Assembly (NCBI GenBank): GCA_029717555.1
Contig: JAMDHS010000021.1
Location: 1-64,000, forward strand
DNA length: 64,000 nt
Source: Peribolospora baueri
Taxonomy: Eukaryota
Direction: 5' to 3'
Below the pieces are notes generated by a model. That model saw nothing but the letters and a program-made list of their open reading frames with translations, was not told where the DNA came from and did not search any database. Of the stretch, positions 11,511-26,391 are shown in pieces (within the stretch, counting starts at the first letter, position 1; each line of letters opens with the position of its first letter). The translations under genes were made by a program, and so were the position numbers.

Positions 11511-12551
11511 TCAACATGCCATCAATGCCGCCAACTCGTCCAAATCCTCCACCACCACGTCCACAAATGCCAATTTGCTCGCCGCCTCTCTGCCTCCGCC
11601 ATCCCCTTCCGACGGTCTACCACATATGAACACGGTAGTCATACCATGCGATTTGGCCGCTTCGAGGTCATACAGATGTGCCGCTACCATGGCGCCTTGG
11701 GAGGGCTTTGCAGAGAGGCCTAGGAGGAAGAGGGAACGGAGATACATTACGGGAGAGGGCTTGAAGGTATTCAGCAGGTCGGCCTGCGACGCCATGGTCA
11801 TGGGAGTGTGGTAAGATTAAAAGCAACCTTTGAATTTATACAAGGCAGATTTGAGCTCACCGTCAGAATGAAGTCCCAGGGAAGGTTTGCATGCTTGGCC
11901 TGAATAGGGGTCGTGTGGGGCGAGATGGAAGAAGGCGAAGCAGGGTATGAACGATTTTGTAATGTCACACCGCTGTTGTCCGGTGACTCACCATGTCCAC
12001 CATGAGCTCGAGATTTCCGTTTGTCAACGCTCCCCTAACATATAAAGACAAGGGGATCGGTGATGACTCGCAGGCCCATGGCATCGCCAGCCGGCGTCGA
12101 GGCTCACTCACACCTTCATCGTAGACTTGAGCCTCTTCAAAGCCGGACATGAATCCTTCCAGCCATCCAGACGGTGCCAGGTCAGATTGAGCCTCTTCAG
12201 GTCCTCCTCATCCCACACGACCTTCAGAGGCCTCCACTCCTCTTCCTCTACCAGCCCTTTCAGGATGTCCAGATGCATCTCATCCACCGTAACATGCCTT
12301 TGACTTGCTTGGTCGCCACCATCGCGGACCTCCCCGCTGAGTTCTCGCGTACGCTGCAAGTAACCTTGTCTCCATGCAATGGCAAATGCATCAAAGTCAA
12401 GGGAGGAAAGCGAAGAAAGATGTGATCCGGAAGGGGTTGAAGAGGAAGAGAGGGCGGCAGAGCGAAGGGCGGAGGAGATGGTGCCCTTCCAGTCCACCAC
12501 GGTACCAAACACGTCAAAAAAGAGCGTCGAGACGAATTCAAGGGGGTTCAT
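11511..12551 (-). CDS. Haloacid dehalogenase type II (HAD-superfamily hydrolase)
   Basis: FFDVFGTVVDW motif I, WHRLDGW, GALTNGN, HANLPWDFIL, FKPSP, MVAAHLYDLEAAK; four exons. Confidence 0.9.
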
Positions 12552-13011
12552 TCCGTTCGTCTTCCTACGTCGCCTGCACGCCGATGTGAAAAGTCGAATA
12601 CAGAGTCAAGGCGATGCCGGCAAGAGCGCGCTCGAGTCGGACGACGTAGCCGTGTGGCGCCCGATCGATCGACTGCAGCGTCGTGTGCTCGTCGTACCAC
12701 GTTCCCGAGCCGGATCGCTCAGTTGGCGAATCACATAACGTATCACGTGCTAGGGAAGATGGCTGGGCTGGGCTCCTCCTGACGAGGTCTGGGCGAGCGG
12801 ACGATCAACGATCAACGAACGACGAAGCCACCGACCGGCTGCCATGCGCTGCTGCCAGCGCCTTCGCGAATGGTGAGGGAAAGAGCATCGGCAGCCTACC
12901 ACCAGCTGGCCTTGATGGACCCACTCGCCGCCAGCTTTTCTTCAACCCCATTCACGGCCCCTCTCAAGCACCTAGTGTCCTCGGCCGATCCACGCAGACC
13001 TGGACGCACGT

Positions 13012-14583
<1,572 letters not shown>

Positions 14584-14889
14584 GACGGTAATCAGATCAA
14601 GCACGAACGACGCCAAAGTAGATGCAGACGCAGGACGCCGGACGTATAGCTCATTCACCGATCGACCCCATATGTCAACATGTATCATTAGCGCACTCGT
14701 CTTCGCGCCCCGTACATACTTTACTGTCACCTCGCATAGTAATTGTCGATACCCCGACCGTTCCGTTGCAATCGCAGATTGTCCCCATCCTTTTTGGCGA
14801 ACCGACGCTTGGCGTGAGCGGGCTCCTTGCTCACGCCACTGCTGAGCAGGCGTCGGCGAGGAATGGACGGTGCCAGCAAGGTATGACGT

Positions 14890-15564
14890 CTAGTGTATGC
14901 TGAGATTACTCTTGTCTTTGCGCCAGTAGTCACCCCTGCTCAGCGCCTTGCCGATGATGCGCAAGGCGTCTCGTACCTCCTGTGCGTGTGCAGATGCATC
15001 CAGACGTTTTTGATTGCGGTCAAGGAACGTGACAGATAAATTAAAAAGAGGCGAGGAGAGAGAGATCGCGCGCGTCAGGCTCGTCGCTGGACAAGAGAAA
15101 GGTCACCGAGGAAGACGGCCATGGCGTGAGACGACGCTCTTTGCAAAGCTGCATGCTCACCGTGCTGCATGGGTGCCAGCTCGTGCCGAACGCGCCGGCG
15201 GAGAGCACGACGAGGCTGGCCGAACCGAGCTCCACGTTGACGTCCTTCTGGGCACGACGACGCCAGACCCGTTCTTGCCGTGAGCACCTGTCATCAGGCG
15301 TCTCGATCAGATAAGATAGGATTCGGGCTTAGGCGTTCGTGTCAGTCGCTCGCAAGCTGCTTGAACGTCGCGGTCGCGGTCGCGAACCAAATACTTTGTT
15401 AATGTTCCTTGACGTGTGCCCGTCCCGGCGTTCTTCCACGGCTCTGCATCTGAATATGATGGCTGGGAAGGGTTGGGCAACACGGGCTGGGCCTTCAGGG
15501 ACTTATAAGCCGTATCTGCTCTGCTCAAGATTCGCACCAGAAGGGAATCTTGCTCGCCGGACAT
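14890..15564 (-). CDS. Possible small spliced hypothetical protein
   Basis: An ATG ORF at 15564, plus downstream segments with donor/acceptor-like sites that can join to ...WHPCST|EVRDALRIIGKALSRGDYWRKDKSNLSIH*. No family recognised, and the first donor is ambiguous. Confidence 0.2.
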
Positions 15565-15733
15565 TGGCTATTTGTTCCCATCTTTCCACTTCCTTCTCCT
15601 CCCGGGCAGCAGACTTACGTCACCATTCCATGCGACAAGGCAACACCCTACAACAACGGCATCGATCACTTGTCAAAGCGCTTTTTCACAAGCGCAGGCT
15701 CATTCGAACGACGACACGTGAATTATGGCATGG

Positions 15734-16974
15734 TTAAACGAGGCGGCGGAAGATGCGGGGGGCGGCGCAGTTGTCGACGCAGTGAAGGAGATGAACTGAC
15801 GGTGGGCAAGATGACGACAGCACGGTAGAGGACACGAAAAAAAGAAAAGCAAAGAGGCAGAGATGTTGGACAGTCGGCAAACGGAGGGTACGGATGCTTG
15901 GAAAGACCCGGAACAAATACGTAGAGCACTCACAGCTATCATGGACGCACCCGCCCAGTTGAGCATGGAATGGACAGGCGGACAGATAAGGAAGGAGAAG
16001 GTGAGCACAAGGATAAGCACTTATTGTGAGAGGCATTCGTGTTCAAGATGCCCGATACTCGTGCCACGGTTCAGCAAGCATGCGACCGGACATATGGTTT
16101 CTGCTGGTACGAGAGCGTGTGCCCTTACCGAAGGCGGAGAGAGACGAAAGGAAAGGCATTCCGGCCCACCCTGCCGGATCCCACCTAACATGGCACACAG
16201 CACGCTAACCCGAGGCCGAAGAGACGCCCGAATACTCACAGTTCCTCAACGCAGTCCTCACCCTTGAAGCCACGACCCTCCTCAATACGCTTTTCGCATT
16301 CCTCGAAGTGGTGCTTGACGGAGGCGCAAGCCTTGGAGTTTTCGCATTCTTGGGTGGCAGTGGAAAAGGCCGTCGAGAGTGCAGCAGGGGCACAAACATT
16401 AAGGGAAAGAAGCGAAAGTATTTGAGCTGACGATAACTCCACGGCCGAGAAACGACGGTACGGTGGAAATTGCTGTCATCGGTTTCGCAAAGGACGTTGT
16501 GCTCGGTCGGACCACATGATCCGCAAAGCCCCCGTCCAGCGACTTTGTGACCAACACATATGACTAGTTGATACTCACCTTCCCTTATGGCGGGGGCGGG
16601 CTGATGCAGAAGACAAATAGCGCACGAAGAAGGAGGCGAAAGGGAAACAGATCAGGGCCGCGCTGAAGAGAGCAGGTCAGACAGCTGGAAGAGAAACCAG
16701 GACGGTCGACACTCACGTCCTCTGGCTCTTCCTCGCCCTCTTCCTCGCCCATCTCCTCCTCACTGCCCCCCAAATCGGCGCCCTTCTCTCCTCCGTTGCC
16801 GCCGCCGTCCGCACTCACTCTCTCCCACGATTCGCTGTCCTCCCCCTCCTTCTCATCGTCCGCGTGGGCAACGGGAAGAACATCGAAGACGAAAGTGGAG
16901 AAGGGGGCGAAAACGGAGTCAGTGTGCGTGACCACGTCACCGGCCGCGCTGTCACTGGAGCTGTTGCTGTGCAT
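15734..16974 (-). CDS. QCR6: Cytochrome bc1 complex hinge subunit 6
   Basis: Exons 16974-16717, 16600-16579, 16348-16240, 15935-15934 (2 nt) and 15795-15734 give an acidic N-terminus then EEPEDPAPAIREECENSKACASVKHHFEECEKRIEEGRGFKGEDCVEELFHLLHCVDNCAAPRIFRRLV*. Confidence 0.93.
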
Positions 16975-17483
16975 GGTGGATCGAGGTGGGAGGGAGGGAA
17001 TGAGTGGGGTGAAGGTATGTCTGTGTTACGTAACGTGCTCCACGCCGCAGAAAGGTAGTATAAGCAGCGCTCTCATTCTGATGGGATCATGGTTACCGAT
17101 GTCCACCATCCGCTGCGTATGGGCTCTCGCCGCTGAAGTCAGGCGTCGTGGCTGCAACGCGCCTTTCGCTCACCATTAGACCGGCTTGAATCGCAAGGGA
17201 AGGACGTCCGAGGTCGTCACCTGGTATCACGCAGGTCTCACAGGCTAAGGAGCCTATAGGCACCGCATTGGAGGCTGGCACTTCTTCCGCCGTTCTCTAC
17301 GCTCGGGACATCCATGAAGAAACGCTGCTTCCTTCAGGCGATGAAGCTCGCCCGACCGCGCCGTCGTTGTCTATTCCAGCCGATCTAGAGCTAGATCTAG
17401 TCCTCTCTATCCGTCACAGCAGAAACCTAAGACGCTGCCTCCGGCTTCCAACTGGCGCCTGCTCTCCTCACCGACCTATAACA

Positions 17484-18656
17484 TCACTCGTAGGCCTCCC
17501 GGATGTTCCGTGAAAGCAACAACTTCGCATGCTTAGGCTCCACAAATATCGCCTTGGCCTCCGCAAGGAGCTTTCCACTCTCGTCCTCGATAGTACCTCG
17601 GACAATGGCTTTGCGACCTTTTGTGCTGACGGGATAGGTTCGGATGACAAGGAATTGGTCGGCAAGGGTCGGGGCTGGTGGAGAATAGGAGGCAGAGAGA
17701 GGCACGCGGTCAATGAGCTGGCAGACGGCACACCCGGCTGCATTTGACTCGCTCACCTCGATAATCCATCTCGAGCCGAGCCGTTACTCCGACGTTCGAG
17801 GGAAGGTTGTAAAAGGCCTAACAGGAAGGAGACGAAAGGTCGCTCGACTTGAGCATAATCCTCCTCTTGCTGCCTTTAACCTGAGCTCTCTAAAGCCATG
17901 TAAACTTACCGTCCTAGCCAACGCCTCGTCGCACAGAGTGGCTAGTAAGCCGCCATGAACGATGCCGTCATGTCCACATAGACTCCTTCCCGCATGGATG
18001 ATCAGCACGCTCTCCCCGGTCAGCCCCTCCTTCCCCGGTTGTCCGTTCTTGGTGAACACTAGTGGCGGCACAGCCAACTTGCCTGGGCCTCTCAGCGAAC
18101 CTGCTGTAAGGCTGTGTTGGAGCTTGGATGGAGGGTAACGAAGGTAGGGCCGGGATTCTTTATAGGCCGGCACAGAAGACGAGGCGGAGAGGGGGTCCGT
18201 CAACGGGTTAGCTCCACGGGCCGCCACCGCTTGGGTGGGCGACTGGGAGGATTGGTCATCGGCAGAAGCTCCCACGGGCGCATCCAACTTCTCCGCCCTG
18301 AGCTTCTTCACGATCGGCAGCGCCTGCAGACGCTCCTCTATGACCTGTGTTTGCGCCCTTCCTTCCTCCGAATCTGCTGGGGGCGAGGGAGGTGCGGGGC
18401 GGGGGTAGACGAGCGTGTAGAGCGCTGGAGGGTAGGCTGTCCCTAACGCGTAGCCCCCTACAAGGCCAGAAGCTAGGAGAAGAAGTCTGGATAGAAGGCC
18501 GGTTCGAGGCGCTGGCGGTGGGGCTGCAGACGACGAGAGAGAACGGCCATTGTAGATTGACGAAGAGCACGGATGTACCGAGCCCGGCAGAAGCAATAAT
18601 CGGCCGGCGCGCATACGTCGTCGCGCGAGCGAGGGCAGGAAAGCAGTGCAGGTCAT
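17484..18656 (-). CDS. Mitochondrial hotdog-fold thioesterase (PaaI/THEM4/FMP10-like)
   Basis: Arg-rich presequence, TM segment, HSLTAGSLRGPGKL, LCGHDGIVHGGLLATLCDEALART|AFYNLPSNVGVTARLEMDYR|APTLADQF...LAEAKAIFVEPK. An alternative ATG lies at 18614. Confidence 0.85.
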
Positions 18657-19238
18657 CGCACAGCAAACTTCAGCGAAAGCGAAAGCGGTAGCGTCAAGCG
18701 AGAGAAAGAGAAGTGAAAGGTTGGGAAGCGAAGGGCGAGCTGCTCTCCAGAAGGGCGATAGGATGGAGGTGGACGAGGATCTTAGGAAGGCAACCTGCCT
18801 CCGGGTTCCGGCGTTCCAGATTCCCCGCTCCGGTGGTCACGTGCTGTTACTAAGCCTCAGACATCGGAGCGGGGGCAACGGATGACCCGAAGCACGGCAT
18901 GAAGCCCGACGAGGTCGCAAGCGCGCCGGTGACTGGAGAGAAAGAATAGATATCGCAGTCTCAAGCTACTCAACCACACCCATCTGCCGAAACTTGCCCA
19001 GTTCGGGTTAGTCACCACCAGTTGGTGGTAACAAGTAACATCATAACAATTCCATTGACAATTCCATTGCGAAAGACGTTACGCAAGATTGCGAGGCGAG
19101 GAAAAACGAAGTAGGCAAGGGTGACAGAGAGAGTAGGAGAGGGGAGGGGAGGGGAGGGGAAACTTGATCAGAGGGCGCCGGAGAGGCTCATGGCTGAACC
19201 TGCCAGGCCCGTCCAAAATTGTCGACCAATATTCTAGA

Positions 19239-21337
<2,099 letters not shown>

Positions 21338-21928
21338 GGTTTCTACGAATGTCCTTTGGTAGTTGAGGGAATGAGAAGAACAGATGATAGTTGCCTAATG
21401 AGGTGTCGCCGGAAAGGGTCGTGGGTAAGGGAGGTGAGTAGTGACAGTGATGGTCGTGGACCAAGCAAGGCGATGGTGGTATGTGATGGCTTTTATTCTC
21501 TTTCCGCGCCTGTCTCGCCGCTTCGGACGTCCATCCATCATCCGCCGCTACTCCTCCGTCTCGTTCTCCGCTCCTCCGCCATCTCTCTCTCTTCGTCGCC
21601 GTCCTTTGGACAGAACGAAACGTTTTGCACAAACGCCATTGCGATGGCGTGCTCGCTGCGGCAACCGGTCGGATGGAGACCGGATCAGTTCTTCTGCGGG
21701 GCGCCCTCGATCACATTGCCGCAGCAGCCAGCGAACGGAACCAAGCGCAAGCTATGTCGTAAATAGCGCAATGTAGACAGACGTACTTGTCAGCCACGAC
21801 GGCGCAGGGTTCCCTAACATCGAGCTTGAGCAGTGTTCGGCGATTGCGCAGAAAATGTCGAGCTCCGCATGTCTTTACACAGCCAGCCTTCCGATTCCAA
21901 TGCGTTCCATGCGATCCACGGCAACCAT

Positions 21929-23493
21929 CTAGAAGCCAGCCAAGAATCGGCCCAACAAGCCCACGAACTTGTCACCGGCATCCAGCATGGGCAAATGTCC
22001 GCTCCCTTCCACGGCCTCGAACGTCGCCTGGCCGCCCTCGGCACGGATCTGCTTGGCGAGCTTTCCGAGCGTCTCGGGCAATTTGCCATCCTTCTTGCCG
22101 GCGATGAGCATGACTTTCTTCTGCTTGAGCGCCGCGACGAGGCCGGCCGAGAGGAGGTCATAGTCCTGCAACGCTCTCGCCCCGCGCTCGAAGCCGTCTA
22201 CCGAGGTATTCTCGATCATGTCCAGTACCACTTTGCCGCACTTGCCCTCAGCCCGGTAATCGCTTCCCTCTGGGAACCAGCGCGAGGCAGTCGCACGCGC
22301 CAGGGCGGGCATGCCATCCTTGCGAGCCAGCGCGATCCGCTCATCCCACGCCGCCTTGTTCGCAGCCGGAGACGCAGGCTGCGTGTCGCACGCGACCACA
22401 GCGTCGCACCGATCCGAGTGACGAAGACCGAAGGCGAGCGCCGTCGCCCCTCCCTGAGACACGCCCACGACGGCTTTGAGCTTCTTGACTCCGAGATGAT
22501 CGAGGAGGATAGCGAGATCATCAGCGAGCTGAGCAATGGTGCAAGGCTCTGCAGGGATGGAAGAGCGACCGTGTCCGCGCTGGTCGTAGACGATCAGGTT
22601 GTACGACTCGCGCAGGGCCGCGAAGGTGGTACGCCAGAGGGAGAGGTCGGTGAGTAGGCTGTTCACAAACGCCAGCCAGGGTTTGTCCGCTCCCGCTACC
22701 GAGATCTGGGCATAGAGTGTTACATCGGCTTTGACGGAGCCCGGAGAAGGAACAGGGACGTAGACGGGGTTGACGGCCGGCTGAGGTAGGAACACCCTAG
22801 CTTTGTCGTCCACGTCAAGAGCGACGAGGAAGCGAGAGACCATGTTGTAGCATGCCACAGTGCTCGTCGCCTCCACCATCTGCTGCTCCACTCCTGCTCC
22901 CTCGTACCCAGCCCTCTTGGCGCTCGACCCGGCCCGCTGAAACTCTTGTTTGAGCTGGTCAAACACCGCATCGGGCACCTTGATCTCCTTCGTCATGGTA
23001 TCTGCAAAGGCTAGCGCTGCTGACTGTAGCGGCGAGAGGGGCTCGGTGGACGCGGAGGAGAGCGGAGAGAGAGGGGTGCGGGTCACATCACCGATCACCG
23101 CCAGCTGGGGGACGGTGAGGCCACCGGCACGCCCGACGTGCTCGTGGTGCTCCCATTCAAAGGTCGCAGAGTTGTGTGCGGCCACGCGAAGGATCTGTCG
23201 GGGTTACCAGTGAAGGAACCAGTCAGACGAGCAGCCGGTCCGTCAGTACGCCCGCTACACGCAGCGCTCGACGATGAGAGACTTACCAGAAGCTCACGGA
23301 GGTCGTCAGTCAAAGAGGTCTTTGTGCGAATGGAGCCCAACAAGCTGTTCCACCCATCAGCGACGGAGGAGGCGTGGAGAAGGGTGCCGTCCAACGGGGT
23401 GATGTCCCTCCCGGAAGCGGCCCTACGCTCGCGGATCCTGTCAGCCACGGCGTCTTCTCCCTTGGGAGGGATGCGGTAGGGGAAACGGGGCAT
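21929..23493 (-). CDS. Fusion of N-terminal AhpD/carboxymuconolactone decarboxylase-like domain and C-terminal 3-oxoadipate enol-lactonase-like alpha/beta hydrolase
   Basis: Exons 23493-23287 and 23194-21929. The N-half has LRELLILRVAAHNSATFEWEHH and VACYNMVSRFLVAL. The C-half has NSLLTDLSLW, YDQRGHGRS, GVSQGG (nucleophile elbow) and GSGHLP. Confidence 0.88.
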
Positions 23494-23809
23494 GTTGCGG
23501 GGGAGGTTGCGACGGAGCGTGGTGGGCAACTGGAGATGGAAGTGAGAGGTGACAGGGATGGAAGACAGCGCATCGGCGGGGTCGGTTGTTGCCCATCATC
23601 TCTAGAATGGTTCTCCCATGGGGAAATGGAGCAGTGCGCGTATACAAACCATGTACATGTACTCGCGTTGATACACTTGAGTGCCCCGATTGCGATCGCC
23701 CTAATCTCGGCAAGCACGATCAGCGCCAGGCTCGCCGCGTCGCGCGAATGTGTCCTTCCATCAGCCTTTCAAAGTCGTCACACACAGATCGTCACCCATT
23801 CTGCAGTCG

Positions 23810-24870
23810 ATGGCTGACCCGTTGGAACAGGGAGAGCACGCGGTGGAGTGGAAGTGAGTCGCAAGGTAGAGCACCGCACTATCGCCGCCGGTCGCTGGTC
23901 CTGACGAAATCTCGATCTGTTTGCCGCTCCTCAGATATCACATGCGCTACGAATGTCAGGAGATCCTACCCTTTCTTTACCTCGGCCCCTCGGAAGCGGG
24001 CAAGTCTCTGCCCACTCTCCTTTCCTTAGGCATCACCTCGATCATTGTTCTCCGCTCCCCTTCCGAGTCCTTCTTCCTCAAACCCCGCTTTCCGGACCGC
24101 TTCGCCTACCTCGTCCTGGACGTGACCGACAATGAGAACGAGAACCTCATCAAGATTTACCCTCGCGCCAAGGAGTTCATATTTGAAACCATGCGTGCTC
24201 AGGGCAAGGTGCTGGTGCACTGCGTTGGAGGGATCAGCAGGGCACCCGCCCTCGTGACCATGTTCTTGATGGAGTACAAGGCGCTGAGCTGTGACGAGGC
24301 GTTTCACTACGTGCAATCGAGGCGGTATTGTGCGCACCTGAGCCCTGTGAGTGCCCACTTGTTTCTCCCTCCATGCTGCTAGGCATCTGTTCTAGATTGT
24401 GGAGCCTTGGTCTTCAATGTTGCTAACTAGTCTGCCCACACGTTTTGCTACTTTCAACGTAGGGATTTTCCATTCAGATGAGGGTGAGCGTACTGCGCCC
24501 TCTCTTTGCCTGACCTTACCGTAATGTCGCTCATCTGCCTGTGTCGGGTGAACTTCTGTCGCGTTTTCTAAAGGAGTTTGAGCCGATTTACAAGGCGGCT
24601 CAAACCATCGCTGGTCGTGCGGACTTGAATGCGCCGCCAGACGAGAGCAAAGCGAGGAGGAAACGAGAAATGGAAATAGACAGGTGAGAAAGTGGCGATG
24701 GTTGTCACCGATGGTCGTCGGTGCGCTTTCGGAGTCTTCATCTGACTTTCGGGCTCATGTTGCGCTTCTTTTGTCTGGCTATCCCCTCCAGTGATGGTGA
24801 GGGCGCACAAACTGAAGTCGCACGTCGAAGACATCTCCCTCCAGAATCCGCAATAGCCGCATCCATGTGA
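23810..24870 (+). CDS. STYX-like dual-specificity protein phosphatase
   Basis: Five exons giving EWKYHMRYECQEILPFLYLGP...KPRFPDRFAYLVLDVTDNENENLI...VLVHCVGGISRA...YVQSRRYC...GFSIQMREFEPIYKA, closely paralleling the STYX sequence pattern. Confidence 0.88.
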
Positions 24871-25590
24871 AATTGAGGTCCTCCCGTTCTTCGACCCCTT
24901 CTCTCCTTCACTTCATCGCGCAAAACTGTCTTGGTTCAAGGCGTTCTCCCGTCTTGCGAGTACACCATACATCTCTTGTTTCGTGGAGCCGGATTCTGCA
25001 AATCCCCACGGCATCAGAGGGTGCCGCCGACGATCAAAACGTCTGCATTGTTGTCCGCACCGCCAAACAAGTCGTCGTTCTGCTTCTTATTTCCTTCTCC
25101 GGGCTTATCCTACCCCAGTTCGCGCCCGCTCTCCCCGTCGTCCGCCCCCCCTTCTCACAGTCCAATCAGCTCTCCACCACTGTATAACTCCGGCACGATC
25201 CACCCTTCCGCGTTCAAGCTCCACATCGAGCGATGCACTTCTCCGAGGACCTTGTTCATCTTTGTCGACATACCCTGTTTTAGTACTTATCCAGCTTGCG
25301 CTCTGGCAAACTGAGTGATCGAACGCAATCCGTGTGCTTTCTCATACAAGGATGATTCGAAGCTCGCACGTGGAAGACTGATAAATGCCAGCCATCACGA
25401 GTGTAAGCATCCGGGGATCGGGAGAGGTCGGTCAAAAGCTCCACATCAACTCCTGCGACGTTCCTCTTCCTCTTCTCTCCGACTCGGCGTCGGTGCGCGT
25501 GCTTGGGTGCGCCTTGTCCTCTTCGTCTTCAAACGTCTCCCTGGCCGCCGACGATCGACGTCCAGCTCGAGACGTATCCCGCTACCGCAG

Positions 25591-26391
25591 ATGTCATCGG
25601 GCTCCAAACCTCCCCCCTCTGGACCCTCTTGGTCCCTGACGAGCTCCCTGCAACGGTCCATCCGCCGCCTCTCTCACTTCCTCCATGTCCGGCTCACCCA
25701 GAATGTTCAACCCCGCCGCGCCGATGTTCAACTGATCGCCTTCGCTTTCTCCACCGGCATGATCGACGCTTTCACCTTTGCCGACATGCAAGTTTTTACG
25801 GCCAACATGACCGGCAACACTGTCTTCCTCGCTCTCGCGGCCGCCTCGGCAGGCGATCGGAACCTGGTCCACGCTGATAGGAGCATCTTGGCGTTGGCCT
25901 GCTTTTGGACGGGGGCGTTTGTGGGAGGACAGATCGGACATCGCGTGGGGCCAAGGAAGAGGTGGTGGTTGCTTCTCAGCTCCCTCATGCAGTCCTTGCT
26001 GCTCCTCGTCTCCGCCATCCTGCTCTACACCCGCGCCTCACGGCCATCAGCAGGCGAGAGCGACGAGTCGGGCATCCTGGGCTTGATCGTGCCCCTCGCG
26101 TTCTCCTTTGGCGCCCAAGCAGCTCTTGCCCGAGGACTCACCATCAACGAGATCCCCACCGTCGTCATCACGTCCGCCTTCGCTGACATTTTCGCCGACA
26201 AGAACCTTTTCCACGCTAATAATCTGGGAAGAAATCGAAGGATGGCGTTCGTCATCACCCTCTTCTTGGGAGCGTTCGTGGGCAGCTGGGTGCTCAAGGA
26301 GGTACACGGAAGCTTGGTGGTGCTTTTGGCGTTCGTGGTCAAGACGGTGGCCGCGACTAGCTTTTGGCTCAATCCTGGGGATGAACCATGA
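25591..26391 (+). CDS. DUF1275/YoaK-family membrane protein
   Basis: Single exon with FSTGMIDAFTF...VFTANMTGNTVFL, FGAQ, IPTVVITSAFAD and NRRMAF, plus several TM helices. Confidence 0.88.
   Translation: MSSGSKPPPSGPSWSLTSSLQRSIRRLSHFLHVRLTQNVQPRRADVQLIAFAFSTGMIDAFTFADMQVFTANMTGNTVFLALAAASAGDRNLVHADRSILALACFWTGAFVGGQIGHRVGPRKRWWLLLSSLMQSLLLLVSAILLYTRASRPSAGESDESGILGLIVPLAFSFGAQAALARGLTINEIPTVVITSAFADIFADKNLFHANNLGRNRRMAFVITLFLGAFVGSWVLKEVHGSLVVLLAFVVKTVAATSFWLNPGDEP

Noticed and set aside
21833..22657. 274-aa + strand ORF, and similar antisense ORFs over SOL3, MET17, COQ1, UGA1 and others
   Set aside because: These are shadow ORFs opposite well-supported genes, caused by GC-rich codon usage.
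25315..25590. N-terminal extension of the DUF1275 ORF
   Set aside because: GTG start and a non-conserved-looking sequence; the first ATG is at 25591.
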